A DNA stretch of 64,000 nt, taken from assembly GCA_973895155.1 (NCBI GenBank), contig OZ316893.1, positions 23,210,015 to 23,274,014 of the forward strand, in the 5' to 3' direction. Under the pieces are notes generated by a model that did no database searches, was not told the origin of the DNA, and worked only from the letters and a program-made list of their open reading frames with translations. Made by a program: the position numbers and the translations under genes. The DNA comes from Marsupella aquatica. Its lineage: Eukaryota > Plantae > Marchantiophyta. Of this stretch, positions 54,601 to 64,000 are shown in pieces. Each line of letters starts with the position of its first letter. Position 1 is the first letter of the stretch.

Positions 54601-57010
54601 AAATGGAACCATGTGATCCTCATCTTTGGATTTCTCATGACCACTCTTTTAAGAGTTTGATTGATCTCTGACATGAAGAGACGTTTTCCATCTCTACTTC
54701 TGAGAAATTTTATCCTGTTCGTTGAAACGCAGCCTGGCATTGATCTCTACATATCTGAAAAAAGCCTACGACAACAAGGACGACCAAATTCCCTGGGGAA
54801 CGCTGAGGTATCTGATTGGTGAAGCCATGTACGGAGGCCGAGTGTCAGACTCCTTTGATCGGAGAATTCTGAGTACATATTTGGATGAATATTTAGGAGA
54901 TTTCCTATTTGACAAATTCCATCCATTCCATTTCTACACGAGTAGTGATAAACAGGTAGACTACAAACTTCCGGAATATGGACCAAAAGAAAACTACACA
55001 ACGTACATTGATTCTCTTCCTATTGTCCAATCTCCGGAGGTTTTTGGTTTACATCCAAATGCAGACATCAGCTACTACACTATTACTACAAAACGACTTT
55101 GGAAAGATCTCGTGAAGTTGCAACCAAGAGCAGCTGGAGGTGGAGGAGGTGTAAAGAGGGAGGAGATCATAGACAAAGTTGCTGTTGATCTCCTCACAAA
55201 GTTACCTGCCCCATTTGATCTGCCAATTATCAGGAAGGAGATTGGACTTCCTACTCCTGTGCAGGTACCTGACTCTTAGGCCCACAGCTGCAAATCAAAG
55301 TCTTCGAAAGTTTCTAACACAACAAGAGCAAAAACCCAATTTAGAAGCTAAGCAGGAATTCATAGAAGCGGCTCCAAATGTTACACAGAATAACATTAGT
55401 GATAATCTCCAGGTGGTGCTGCTGCAAGAGCTTGAGAGGTGGAACAAGCTGGTTCTAAATATGGAGTCCAGTTTGCAGCAGCTCAGAAAAGCTCTAGCTG
55501 GCGAAATTGGTATGAGCAAAGAACTAGACGACCTTGCAACGTCCCTCTTTAATGGACAACTTCCAACTTTCTGGCGAAAGCTAACTTCCCAGGTAAGATA
55601 GTCTGGTCTCTCTGATCTCATCCAGATTTACTCACTAAATAGTAATGAGTGCATAACACAAAAGCACAAACAACACTTTCTGTTCATCAGACCTTAGATG
55701 GCCCGGAAGATCAGAAGAGACGAAACTTGAGAATGATATCTCAAGGTCACGAAATCAAAGGGCTCACTTATACGAGGAGAACACCTGAATTTCCAGCTTA
55801 CGGAAAGTTCCCCATTTCCCGAATACAGCCATATCAACTGAAAAGAAACGTGCAGCTATCTGCCCAAATTAGTATGATCTCGATGGATGATATTTATGGC
55901 ATGTGCATCTTCCCGATTACGCAGAGTTCGTTTGATGAAATGTTATCCACTCCCACATAAGGGATCACTGAGTTCACATTGATAGCATGAAATGCGACTC
56001 TCTCTCAGCCTGTTTAAATGGCAGCAGAATAATAATCAACATGACACAGATAGGCAATGAACTTCATGTTCCGCAAGGACTACGAACTGCGCGTCTTGTC
56101 ATTGGTACTCAAGTCAGTGAAACGATTCATTCCCGCGGTCGTTTATCAAGGTCTTTTGACTTAAAGCCACTAGTCACACCTGCAGACAGAAAAAATGCTG
56201 GCGACATGGATGGTCTGGTTCCAACGAAGATATGAACAATACTCAGCCTGGATTGAGAATGGCGAGCCGAAGGTCATGTGGTTATCTGGGCTGCACATTC
56301 CTGAGACATACATTGCTGCCTTAATTCAGACAGCATGTAGGGACCGGGGATGGCCACTGGACAAATCAACAGTATACACTCAGGTGCCACTTCGTCTGTA
56401 CATACTCAGTCCTTGAAAGCAGCTTTGGCCTACCTTAGAGTTTCACATTAATTATCGTCCAATAAGAAACAACACAAGGCAAGTCACCGGGAAACCACTG
56501 TAAGTAATATATACTGAGGCTACATATTCATACCAAATTCTGCAGGTTACAAAATTCACTCATCCTGATCAAATTCCTGAGAAGCCCAAGCATGGTTGTT
56601 ACGTCCAAGGCCTCTACCTGGAGGGTGCTGCTTGGGATGAGGAAACCTGCATGCTGAAGTATCAGGTACGGTCAACAAGTCAACTAGAAACCAGATATCC
56701 TGATCGCAACCAACGTTTTACCAACGATCATTTGCATTGGATTTGCTTGGATCAAGCTTCTCTAACACTTGCGAAATTTTTGCAGGACCCCAAGCATCTG
56801 GTCGTTGAGCTGCCGATTCTACAACTTTTCCCAATAGAAGCCAGCAAACTTAAACTCACAAACACCTTCCGGACACCTGTGTATGTGACCCAAGCCCGTC
56901 GTAATGCAATGGGAGTGGGATTAATTTTTGAGGCCGATGTAGCAACCACCAACCACCCTTCTCATTGGGTTTTGCAAGGAGTTGCTCTTGTCCTAAACAT
57001 CGATCACTAA
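9622..57010 (+). CDS. DNAH10: Axonemal inner-arm dynein I1/f 1-alpha heavy chain (DHC1 / DNAH10 ortholog), ~74 coding exons
   Basis: Phase-compatible exons traced from ATG 9622 to TAA 57010: 9622-9739, 10126-10832, 11490-11630, 11862-11969, 12166-12231, 12456-12623, 12994-13071, 13459-13599, 13765-13928, 14167-14332, 14469-14643, 14963-15057, 15619-15693, 16030-16146, 16376-16486, 16758-16943, 17187-17372, 17478-17585, 17725-17783, 18088-18277, 18601-18720, 18901-18975, 19315-19380, 19558-19619, 19800-19926, 20451-20651, 20861-20943, 21235-21330, 21529-21616, 21935-22045, 22290-22385, 22637-22873, 23009-23151, 23419-23707, 24058-24289, 24570-24936, 25079-25243, 25599-25745, 26197-26434, 26886-27005, 27235-27440, 27579-27903, 28529-28760, 29385-29611, 29964-30082, 30534-30738, 31225-31467, 31681-31767, 32194-32373, 35854-35996, 36192-36396, 36832-37083, 37385-37663, 37892-38197, 38356-38511, 43119-43460, 43863-43936, 44226-44451, 44883-45014, 45850-46064, 47744-47979, 49653-49896, 50565-50801, 51181-51315, 51561-51665, 52036-52170, 52409-53017, 53534-54058, 54405-54511, 54733-55264, 55413-55592, 56186-56383, 56546-56665, 56786-57010. 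Four P-loops are present: [31 protein letters not shown]. Also [22 protein letters not shown], a stalk coiled coil, and C-terminal [15 protein letters not shown], which resembles Chlamydomonas 1-alpha DHC as I recall it. The first exon is the least certain. Confidence 0.93.
13255..13320. repeat. Perfect 22-bp inverted repeat (hairpin) with an overlapping 17-bp direct repeat, in a dynein intron
   Basis: Left arm tatatactccaggattcaagca (13271-13292), loop ttcctg, right arm tgcttgaatcctggagtatata (13299-13320). cattcctgtgcttgaat occurs at 13255 and 13291. Confidence 0.9.
20687..20774. repeat. Exact 44-bp tandem duplication (intronic)
   Basis: ttcttcatcctatttcatagcaattaatgcgatgtcatgtaaca occurs twice head to tail. 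Confidence 0.9.
21331..21528 (+). other. Probable non-canonical GA-AG intron in the dynein gene
   Basis: ACA CG|GAAAGT ... TCTGACAG|A TGG gives the in-frame join IRTR-WEAVE. The nearby GT at 21335 is phase-incompatible with this acceptor. Confidence 0.6.
26499..26600. repeat. ~52-bp imperfect tandem duplication (intronic)
   Basis: ctgttgaacagcctgtctat.tcgagattga.gcatt.tcatattt occurs twice. Confidence 0.8.
32674..35399 (-). CDS. Glycoside hydrolase family 31 (alpha-glycosidase, Aec37-like), 2 exons, nested antisense in a dynein intron
   Basis: The first in-frame ATG is at 35399 (MKQVVAKGF); the track's start at 35411 is a GTG. Exon 1 is 35399-34788, a GT-AG intron spans 34787-34657, and exon 2 is 34656-32674. 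The join reads EIDA|FWGSYRY, giving ~864 aa. GH31 motifs: [48 protein letters not shown], nucleophile WNDNNE, acid/base [51 protein letters not shown]. No obvious signal peptide. Confidence 0.9.
38780..38890. repeat. Short tandem duplications (acatgacatg.../gattgggtacat x2; catgatgagacaccacacctctg x2)
   Basis: Directly visible at the start of the 4.6-kb dynein intron. Confidence 0.7.
41600..41875. repeat. Minisatellite, ~54-bp unit x4-5 (intronic)
   Basis: Unit ttgcccctctagttggcgtttcgtgaactcaaaagagaactcgattcactttcc. It produces the repeated peptide in ORF 41685-41942. Confidence 0.85.
42410..42830. repeat. Degenerate tandem repeat, ~55-65-bp unit (intronic)
   Basis: The motif tgtgggtcag...gctgagtactc.tcttccaaatgttt recurs about 6-7 times. 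Confidence 0.65.
46540..47365 (+). repeat. Tandem array (~140-150-bp unit, ~6 copies) resembling the splice acceptor and 5' end of the next dynein exon
   Basis: Unit aacttgaaa..ttgggttggttgagggtttctaccttatttgggcacttggctactttcagtggagaacc, compared with the real junction gacttgacagggtgggttgattgaag|gttgctaccttgtctggacaattggctactttgaatggagaact at 47718-47786. Confidence 0.85.
47604..47642. repeat. Poly-C run plus (CCT)n microsatellite
   Basis: Directly visible. Confidence 0.9.
49897..50564 (+). other. GC-AG intron in the dynein gene
   Basis: TTG CAG|GCAAGT ... TTGACAG|GCT ATC restores the conserved DPQLQAINWIK peptide. The donor otherwise matches consensus. Confidence 0.85.
50220..50512. repeat. 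Foldback-like array of short units in opposite orientations (intronic)
   Basis: Left part has repeated aataatatgcatgg(gt/at)ctcaagc units. Right part has reverse-complement-like units such as cttgagacccatgca.tattattg and cttactcatgcatattatt. Confidence 0.6.
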
Positions 57011-57439
57011 TTCCGAAAATACTTGAAATTTAAGAACACAGCACTGCCGAACTTGTAACATACGAATGAGAAATTTTTTGAGAAAAAGCTTAGGGATCAA
57101 TAAAAGAATTATTGTTAACTGCCCACACTACACGAAGAGAACCAATTAACAGCAACAGTCAACATTCTATCATTCAAGGATGACGCCTGTGGTAGAGTTT
57201 CCCATTCCGACAGCGTCCCGACTTCATTGCCCAACTGTCTGAAGGTCACTAAGCAACCCGTAGAACCTTCAGCAAGCTTTGTAGTTGCAGTTTCAACTCC
57301 GAGAGCAACACATCGTCAGCTGCACTAAAGCCCAAGGTGGATTTAAACCTACACTGCCTGCATCTCCGCTTCTGCCTAATATGCAATAAATCCTTCCAGT
57401 TTTGCTGAGCTCCCACGAAAACAAAACTATAAGAGACAC

Positions 57440-57582
57440 CTATGCTACAATCCAAATTGATCCCACGGCTCGACAATACACCTCCCGCACGACTTCTTCA
57501 AACGTTCGGCATATCCTGCAAAATCAAGAAACGTATGCTACAATCCAAATTGATCCCACGACTCCACAATATACCTCCCACG
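57440..57582. repeat. ~46-bp direct repeat between the convergent dynein and VPS4 3' ends
   Basis: tatgctacaatccaaattgatcccacg.ctc.acaata.acctccc occurs at ~57441 and ~57534. Confidence 0.8.
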
Positions 57583-58312
57583 TTCTGTAAGAAGTCCTTG
57601 ACTTTGAAATATCACACATTGTACAAGTCAAGCAATGTTCAAATCTCTCATGATCATGCCCTGTCTACCACAAAGCGTTATCTTTCGTTCCAGTGTCAAT
57701 GAAAAAAGCCACATGCAAATTTTCATCAAAATACCGGATTTACAAACATTCACCACTAGTAGAAAACCACCAACCGCGTATGCAGTCGACCCATCACAGC
57801 AAAGAGTAGTGCTCAGAATCAATCTTCGTGACACAGTTAAGACAGTTAAATTGTAAGTCTTCAGCTGTATACAATGGCAATGCTTTAGGCAATGCTTTGA
57901 AATAAGAATTGCAAAATTTGCGTCAATGTCCCAAATGGCTGCACATCACTGCGACACGTAAGACACCATATTTCTTTTATTTCCATAGCAAACTTGGGCC
58001 CAGACGTCAAGAATCTAAATATAAGGTCAGCAAAACAAGAAGAAACTGCCAGGTTTCCCGACCACAATCGTACAATCCAAGGTATCAGCAGCCAGCAAAG
58101 GCCCGGACACTTGCTCTTGGTGTAGAAGGAAATATCTGCAGCAACACACCTATAAATCTACCACTGACTTTCCTCGAAAACTGTCGTCTCAGGCACTTCA
58201 AACATACTAAAAACTTTTAAGTACAAGCTGACGTTGTACTTGACGAGCCTACATAATTTTTTCCCTTATCAAAAGGTGTATCTTTGTTGAAAATACAATT
58301 GGTTAACCACAG

Positions 58313-59635
58313 TCACCCTTCCTCTCCAAATTCACGAGTAAATCTTTCTTGAGTTTCCAAATCACCCTTGCTTACTGTGGGCCTTTGTCGTGCAAGGACC
58401 TTGTCAAAGTCTGACTTTTCTATGGGGGGAGGTAGTATCTTGGAGCCAAGACCCTTGCTATCCATTTCCTGCATGGTGGTCTGTACAGCACCAGGAGTGC
58501 GAGGACCACACGGCATCCACATTTCTTCCCCATCATCATTAACCTTTTTAAAATGCATTGCATCTTGAGTTTTACGGACAGGCTCAAAAAGCACATCCTT
58601 CACGGCCACAGAGACGTCAGAACCTGAAAATCCATCTGTCTTCCTGGCAAGATCCTCGAAATCAGACTCGCTGAGACTATGAGGCGTATCACCCAAATGC
58701 ACCTTAAACATATGCTGTCTTGCCTTCTGATCTGGTAGTGGGATGTAGATACGTTTGTCAAAACGTCGCCTGACGGCCTGGTCCAGAGAATATGGAGTGT
58801 TCGTAGCTGCTAAGACCAGCACTTTCTGGTCATTGTTGCCCACACCTTGCATTTGAACGAGGAGCTCCGTCTTTATGCGCCTAGAAGCCTCACTCTCGTT
58901 GCCTTCTCCACGAGTGCCGCAAAGGGAATCAATCTCATCAATGAAGATAATAGATGGTGCACTTTCCCGTGCCATCTGAAACAGATTTGCCACAAGCTTC
59001 TCACTCTCTCCCATCCATTTTGACACTAAATCAGAGGATGAAATGCTAAAAAATGTAGAATCTGCTTCTGTGGCAACGGCCTTGGCAAGGTAAGATTTTC
59101 CGGTTCCAGGAGGTCCATACAGCAGAAAAGCCCGCCACGGTCTCCTTTTGCCTGTGAAGAATTGAGGGAACTTCACGGGTAGGATTACAGCTTCTTGCAA
59201 AGCTTGCTTCGCGCTCTCTAGACCGGCAACATCATTCCATCGTACATTAGGTTTCTCTCGAATAATTGCTGAATTTAAGCCCGATCTCAATTTAGCCTGC
59301 TCCGGATCCTCCCCATCACCCCCTTCCCCTCCGTCCTTTTTCCCTTGCGTCTTCGGCCTGGTTGCAACTGCTGCAGACCCATCTGCTCTGGGAGGCCCAG
59401 CAGAGACACCCTCTTCTAGGACAGCTCTGATTTCCTCAGCTCTCCGAAGGTACTCGGTGAACTTCTGAGTGATCGCCTCCTTGATTTTAGGATTCTTCTC
59501 ATACTTGAGATGGGTCTTGAAGTATTCAAGTGCATTCATGTAAAGAGGAAAAGCCTTTGCATAGTTTCCGGCATTGTCCTCTACTACTGCTTGCTTCACA
59601 AATTCAATTGCCTGCTCTTTGAAATTGCTGTACAT
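58313..59635 (-). CDS. VPS4: VPS4/SKD1 AAA+ ATPase (ESCRT-III disassembly), intronless CDS, 440 aa
   Basis: One uninterrupted ORF. It has an N-terminal MIT domain (MYSNFKEQAIEFVKQAVVEDNAGNY), Walker A GPPGTGKS, pore loop VSKWMGESEK, Walker B IIFIDEID, SRH region AATNTPYSLDQAVRRRFDKRIYIPLP, and C-terminal FTREFGEEG. A TTTTCAG acceptor 2 nt before the ATG suggests a 5'UTR intron. Confidence 0.97.
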   Translation of the reverse strand: MYSNFKEQAIEFVKQAVVEDNAGNYAKAFPLYMNALEYFKTHLKYEKNPKIKEAITQKFTEYLRRAEEIRAVLEEGVSAGPPRADGSAAVATRPKTQGKKDGGEGGDGEDPEQAKLRSGLNSAIIREKPNVRWNDVAGLESAKQALQEAVILPVKFPQFFTGKRRPWRAFLLYGPPGTGKSYLAKAVATEADSTFFSISSSDLVSKWMGESEKLVANLFQMARESAPSIIFIDEIDSLCGTRGEGNESEASRRIKTELLVQMQGVGNNDQKVLVLAATNTPYSLDQAVRRRFDKRIYIPLPDQKARQHMFKVHLGDTPHSLSESDFEDLARKTDGFSGSDVSVAVKDVLFEPVRKTQDAMHFKKVNDDGEEMWMPCGPRTPGAVQTTMQEMDSKGLGSKILPPPIEKSDFDKVLARQRPTVSKGDLETQERFTREFGEEG

Positions 59636-61324
59636 GACTGAAAACCCCTGATACTATCCACTAGCTTAAATTTACAGACTACTGCCAGACTGCGGAAACC
59701 GCAAATTAGAGAACCAGAATTGTCAATTGTATCTACAACCCAATAGCTGTTGACTAAGCAAAGAATTCTCTAACCCTGAACAGCTGCCGAAAGCTCACCT
59801 CCAGGCTCTTTGGCCCGTCAACCCTAGGCCTGCTGATGAGCAAATCACTGCCAAGATTGCAGTGGCGTTCCACCCTTCCCAACTCCTGGTCCACGGTTGA
59901 ATAATCGATTTGCAGGTAGGAGAAATAAGACTACAACCCCCGGAAAAATTCTACGCCCCTGCAACCATCGAGCTGATTGCCCGCAGCATGCCCGTAGATG
60001 GCATAAAGTCCCAATGGATAACGGTCTAAAAGTCGCAACGAGACACTCATCTCTCAGCAACAGTGCATCGTCGCCTGTGGCAGCACCCCTGAATAACACC
60101 AAAGGCCACATCCGAATCAAGACTCAAGAAGCTTTTCTGACAGCAGATGTAAAATTCATCAAATCTCTATACAGAAATCTTTCAAACATTAGAACGGCGC
60201 AGTGTAAATCTCTCGCCCTCTCTATATCTTTCTCTCTCAAAGCCCTACCCTATCCCTGCCCGAGACGAAGATCCACACCAGTCAGATCAAACTCCACAAC
60301 ACAAGAAACCAATCTACTCCGAGCAGCGGCGGAAGGTCCACAAGCAACAGCGAACACAGAATTCCGCAGAATTTGCCCCATCTCAATTCAAGCGATGACG
60401 TGACACACGGCGTGAAGGATAAAAACCTCCAAAGACACGTACCCTTAATCCTCCCCTAATCCAATCTTGCCCCTCCCCTGTCCTTCGTATCCACTGATAT
60501 CAAGCTGGCTCCTCGTCGTCTCGCCACTTCTCAAATCCTCGTTACCGCGACCTGCACGAAATCGAAAGCTCTTCGGGACCCGCTGCTGCCTCATTCATGC
60601 TCTGCGCGGGCACATCGGTGGATCAAGTTCCCAAATCAAACACCAACGAAGCAGTAACCCTACACATGCGACGCACAAACACTGCACAGAGCAAACGGAG
60701 GTGGTAGTACTCGTGGTGCGGTGCCTGGGGAGGCTCACTTTTGTGAAATTGCCGCTTGCCAAAACAAGGTCTCGCAGGCAACCCTGCTGCTCTGCTTAGA
60801 TCAAAAAGGGAGATGAGATAGACACGAGACGGGACGACGACGACGGAGCGAGGGCCCTAGAGTACTCGTCTCAGCGATTCACGCTGTTTCAGTACTTGCT
60901 GGCGCTCCTCTCTGCCTGCTGCAGTGTTGCTTGGCTTGGAGGATGACCTTGCTGCGGAATGGCTCCTTCCGCCTTCCTTCCGCCGAGAATGAAGGACCCT
61001 CCTCCGCGTTTTTGCGAAGGGAAAGGAAAGCGCGACAGCGAGGAGAGAGACCCGAAGGTGACGACGACGAAGACGACGACGAGCTCAATCAAATCAAATG
61101 AAATCCAGCTCGTCCCTTCGAAAGCAAGCAAATCCTTCCTCCAAAGCTCAGCTTCTTCTTCGGTTCGTCGTCTTTCTTCGTCTCTCGCGTTTCTTCGCAA
61201 TCGACCGAAGTTTTTCTTCCTTCTTGTTCGGCAATCCCGGCACGCTATTTCTACCGGGCTGGACCGCGGGCCCGGCAAAATGCTTGCCACTGTATTTAGT
61301 TTACCGTGCGGCGGGGGAACGAAC

Positions 61325-61590
61325 GAGAGGCTCGGCAGAGAGGCAGAGAGGCTCGGCAGAGAGGCAGAGAGGCTCGGCAGAGAAATAGAGAGGCTCGACG
61401 TGGGGCCGAACCTGTGTCTCGTGAGGGCAGGGCCTGACCTGACCTGATGACCTCATTGGATATTGAGTGCCAAGGCTCGGCAGAGAGGCTTGGCAGAGAG
61501 GTAGAGAGGCTCGACGTGGGGCCGAACCTGTGTCTCCTGAGGTCCGGGCCTGACCTGACTTGATGACCTCATTGGATATTGAGTGTCAAG
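61325..61590. repeat. 21-bp tandem repeat x3 followed by a ~105-117-bp duplication, upstream of VPS4
   Basis: gagaggctcggcagagaggca repeats, then tagagaggctcgacgtggggccgaacctgtgtctc...gggcctgacctgac.tgatgacctcattggatattgagtg.caag occurs twice. Confidence 0.85.
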
Positions 61591-62140
61591 CACATACTCC
61601 ATTGGGCCACTGTAAAGCCAAAATGGACTAAAGTTTGATATCAATGGTTTTTGTTTTTTGTTTTTTAACAGAAAACCAAGATCGGCCAGAAACTTTATTC
61701 CGAGAAACGGGAGACAGCAACATGGGGCCCTGCCTGGGAGGAGGAGGCAGGGAGCAGCAAACAGATATTAAGGGGGCTGAAAGGAAGGAGCACACCCAGA
61801 GAAAAGGAACGGCACCACCAACCCAGATCGCCAAATGGAAGGAGGACGATCAACAGAGGGGAAGGTGGAACCCCCAGAAACCAAAGGCACAGGCAAAACA
61901 AACAAGGAATGAGAGAGCCTGGAGAACACCGCAGCAACGGCAACCAAAGAAGAAAAACTGGCCGAGGCAAACCAAGGACAAAGCCGCACTCCACTCTCCA
62001 CTGGCCAACAATCGAAAAAAGATCCCTCCTTCACCAGATGAGCAAAACTCAACCATAACCATTGCGACCGTCACTTTCAATGATACAAGTCATGTTCCGA
62101 GAGTGCCAGAATCAGGGCCATATTCCATACAATGAATCCT

Positions 62141-62204
62141 TCTCCCCGAACAGATGGAGAGGCGCAAATGAATTCTCCCCGAACAGATGGAGAGGCGCAA
62201 ATGA
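62141..62204. repeat. ~33-bp tandem duplication
   Basis: tctccccgaacagatggagaggcgcaaatgaa occurs twice. Confidence 0.85.
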
Positions 62205-64000
62205 ACCCAGTAGTATCATCACCGGGAGTAATTGAACCCATCACAGAAAAGAAACCGAAGAGGAATGGCGGAAAATCTTTGAAGTGAGCGGTCATTTGTT
62301 ATCCGATTGTTCTTGTAAGCCCCTCTCCCCTCTTAATACCCTGGGCACTATAGGAACCCCGGGAAATTGCAAGTGAGGATTTAGGCCCGACTCACATGTG
62401 GTAGCCTTGAAGAAAGCAACCCTTAGTATCTACAAAACCTTGGCAAAAAACCAGATCTGGATTGCCAACAAGATCTCTTGCCCTATAACATCTGCTTTTG
62501 TGTTACTATGAAATCAAAGGTTGGGACTTCACGAGCCTGAATTTTTCTGGCCCTTGCCCTTGGGATTCCACAAATATTTCCGTCAGGAGGGGTTTCCGGC
62601 ATATAACTCTAGCTGCATTTGTGAAGTTGAGGGCCACACTCTTCAGGACCCTGTACATGCCAGTTGGCCTGTCTGTGCAACAGTCTAAAGGAATAGGAAG
62701 TTTTGAAGTTGATGGCATTGATGGATGGAGAGGCTTGTGAGTCAGCCATAGGCTTGATTGATGTTACCAAATCTGTCACATGAGGTCCAGGCTTGACCTG
62801 ACCAGATTACCTCATTGGTTCATTCCTCCTAACGCTGTGGTTGTGCTCCATCCATAGTATTAGGGGGGCTTTAGTGTTATCTCCATAGTGCACCATTTCA
62901 CCCACTAAACTGTCGGATGGGGAAAAAATTGGCAATTGCCCCTCCCCATTGGTAACTCATATCTCTAAATCTATACGTTAGCTTCCAAATCCAAACTGTT
63001 GATAGCCAGTCTTAGAAAGAAAGGCAATCATCAAACCAATCTCTCATTCACAATTTGATTTTCATTAAGTGCATGAAAGACACAACCAGATCCTTTTGTA
63101 TAGTACAGTTTTAGGGGTGCATGGAGTGGAGGTCAGTTTGGGGGCTTTTTGGTGGGATTTGGATGGTCAATAGCAACATCGTCATCTGAGAGCCCATAAA
63201 CACACCCTATTTCTATTGTTTGAGGACTAATAGCTACCAAACAAGTGGAGATGCTTTGACAAGAACTAAAGGACAAACTTGACTTCCCATTTGTGTTTTA
63301 CACTACCCTGATACACATGTCATTTAGATTGACTCTTTACCAAAAAGGCGGTCGGGTAATACATTGAATAGGTTACTCAAGAATGAGATGCAACCTAGTT
63401 GTCCTTCAAAAGACTAATTCAAGAGGTGGTCTAAACTTTGACCAGAACTACTGTTCACATAGTCCATGTAAGATTGGGAGAAAAGCATGTAGGATTGAGA
63501 GATTCTTGCACAAGTCACCTCTCAATTTCATGTGAAGCCGTAATATACTGGTCACTACATATCAACTCTTGTGATGAAATTTAAAAGCAAAATATGGGAA
63601 CTAAGTGGTTGGTCATTTGTTGTTGGGTGGTTCTTGTAAAACCCCCTTTAATACCCTGGGCACTATCGTCGGCCTGGCAAAGTGCATGCTATCGGAGTTT
63701 CTATAGGGCAGTGCAACATATAGGATAATGCAGGTCTGGTTCGGGGTAACTAGCCTGTACTTCTGTGACCGAAAGTGAAGTAAACCTCATCGTTGATAGC
63801 ATTATTGTATGTAATTCCTGCCCAGAAAAAAGGTTAATTACTTCTGGGCAATAGATTATGGGAATAGCATTCAAAGAGACAATGCCCTGCCAAAACTCAT
63901 TAAATATGCCTCTTTTTCCCCCACAACCCATTGGAAGAAGACCACCGTGTTTCCCCATCCAGGCATCACTTTTCAGGCCTGGTTCTTTTTCCTTATTGCT

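Noticed and set aside
59845-62135. ORFs of 90-168 aa upstream of VPS4
   Set aside because: They have low-complexity or repeat-derived composition, lie in the probable 5'UTR and promoter, and show no domain signature.

Overview
This is eukaryotic, intron-rich land-plant DNA. An axonemal dynein together with a plant ACL5 and a plant-type VPS4 points to a plant with flagellated sperm, most likely a bryophyte such as a liverwort (inference). I assembled four genes by hand from splice sites and reading frames. (1) A 10-coding-exon thermospermine synthase, ACL5 (+, 1853-6112). (2) A ~74-exon inner-arm dynein I1/f 1-alpha heavy chain, DHC1/DNAH10-like (+, 9622-57010). (3) A two-exon GH31 glycosidase of the bacterial/fungal 'Aec37-like' type (-, 35399-32674), nested antisense inside one dynein intron; it is a horizontal-transfer candidate. 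(4) A VPS4/SKD1 AAA ATPase with an intronless CDS (-, 59635-58313). Other notable items are a probable GA-AG intron and a GC-AG intron in the dynein, an intronic tandem array built from copies of the next dynein exon's splice acceptor, a second possible antisense spliced unit in another dynein intron, and many local repeats. Most short ORFs in the supplied track are exon fragments, antisense shadows or noise. All homology calls come from remembered motifs; no database search was run.
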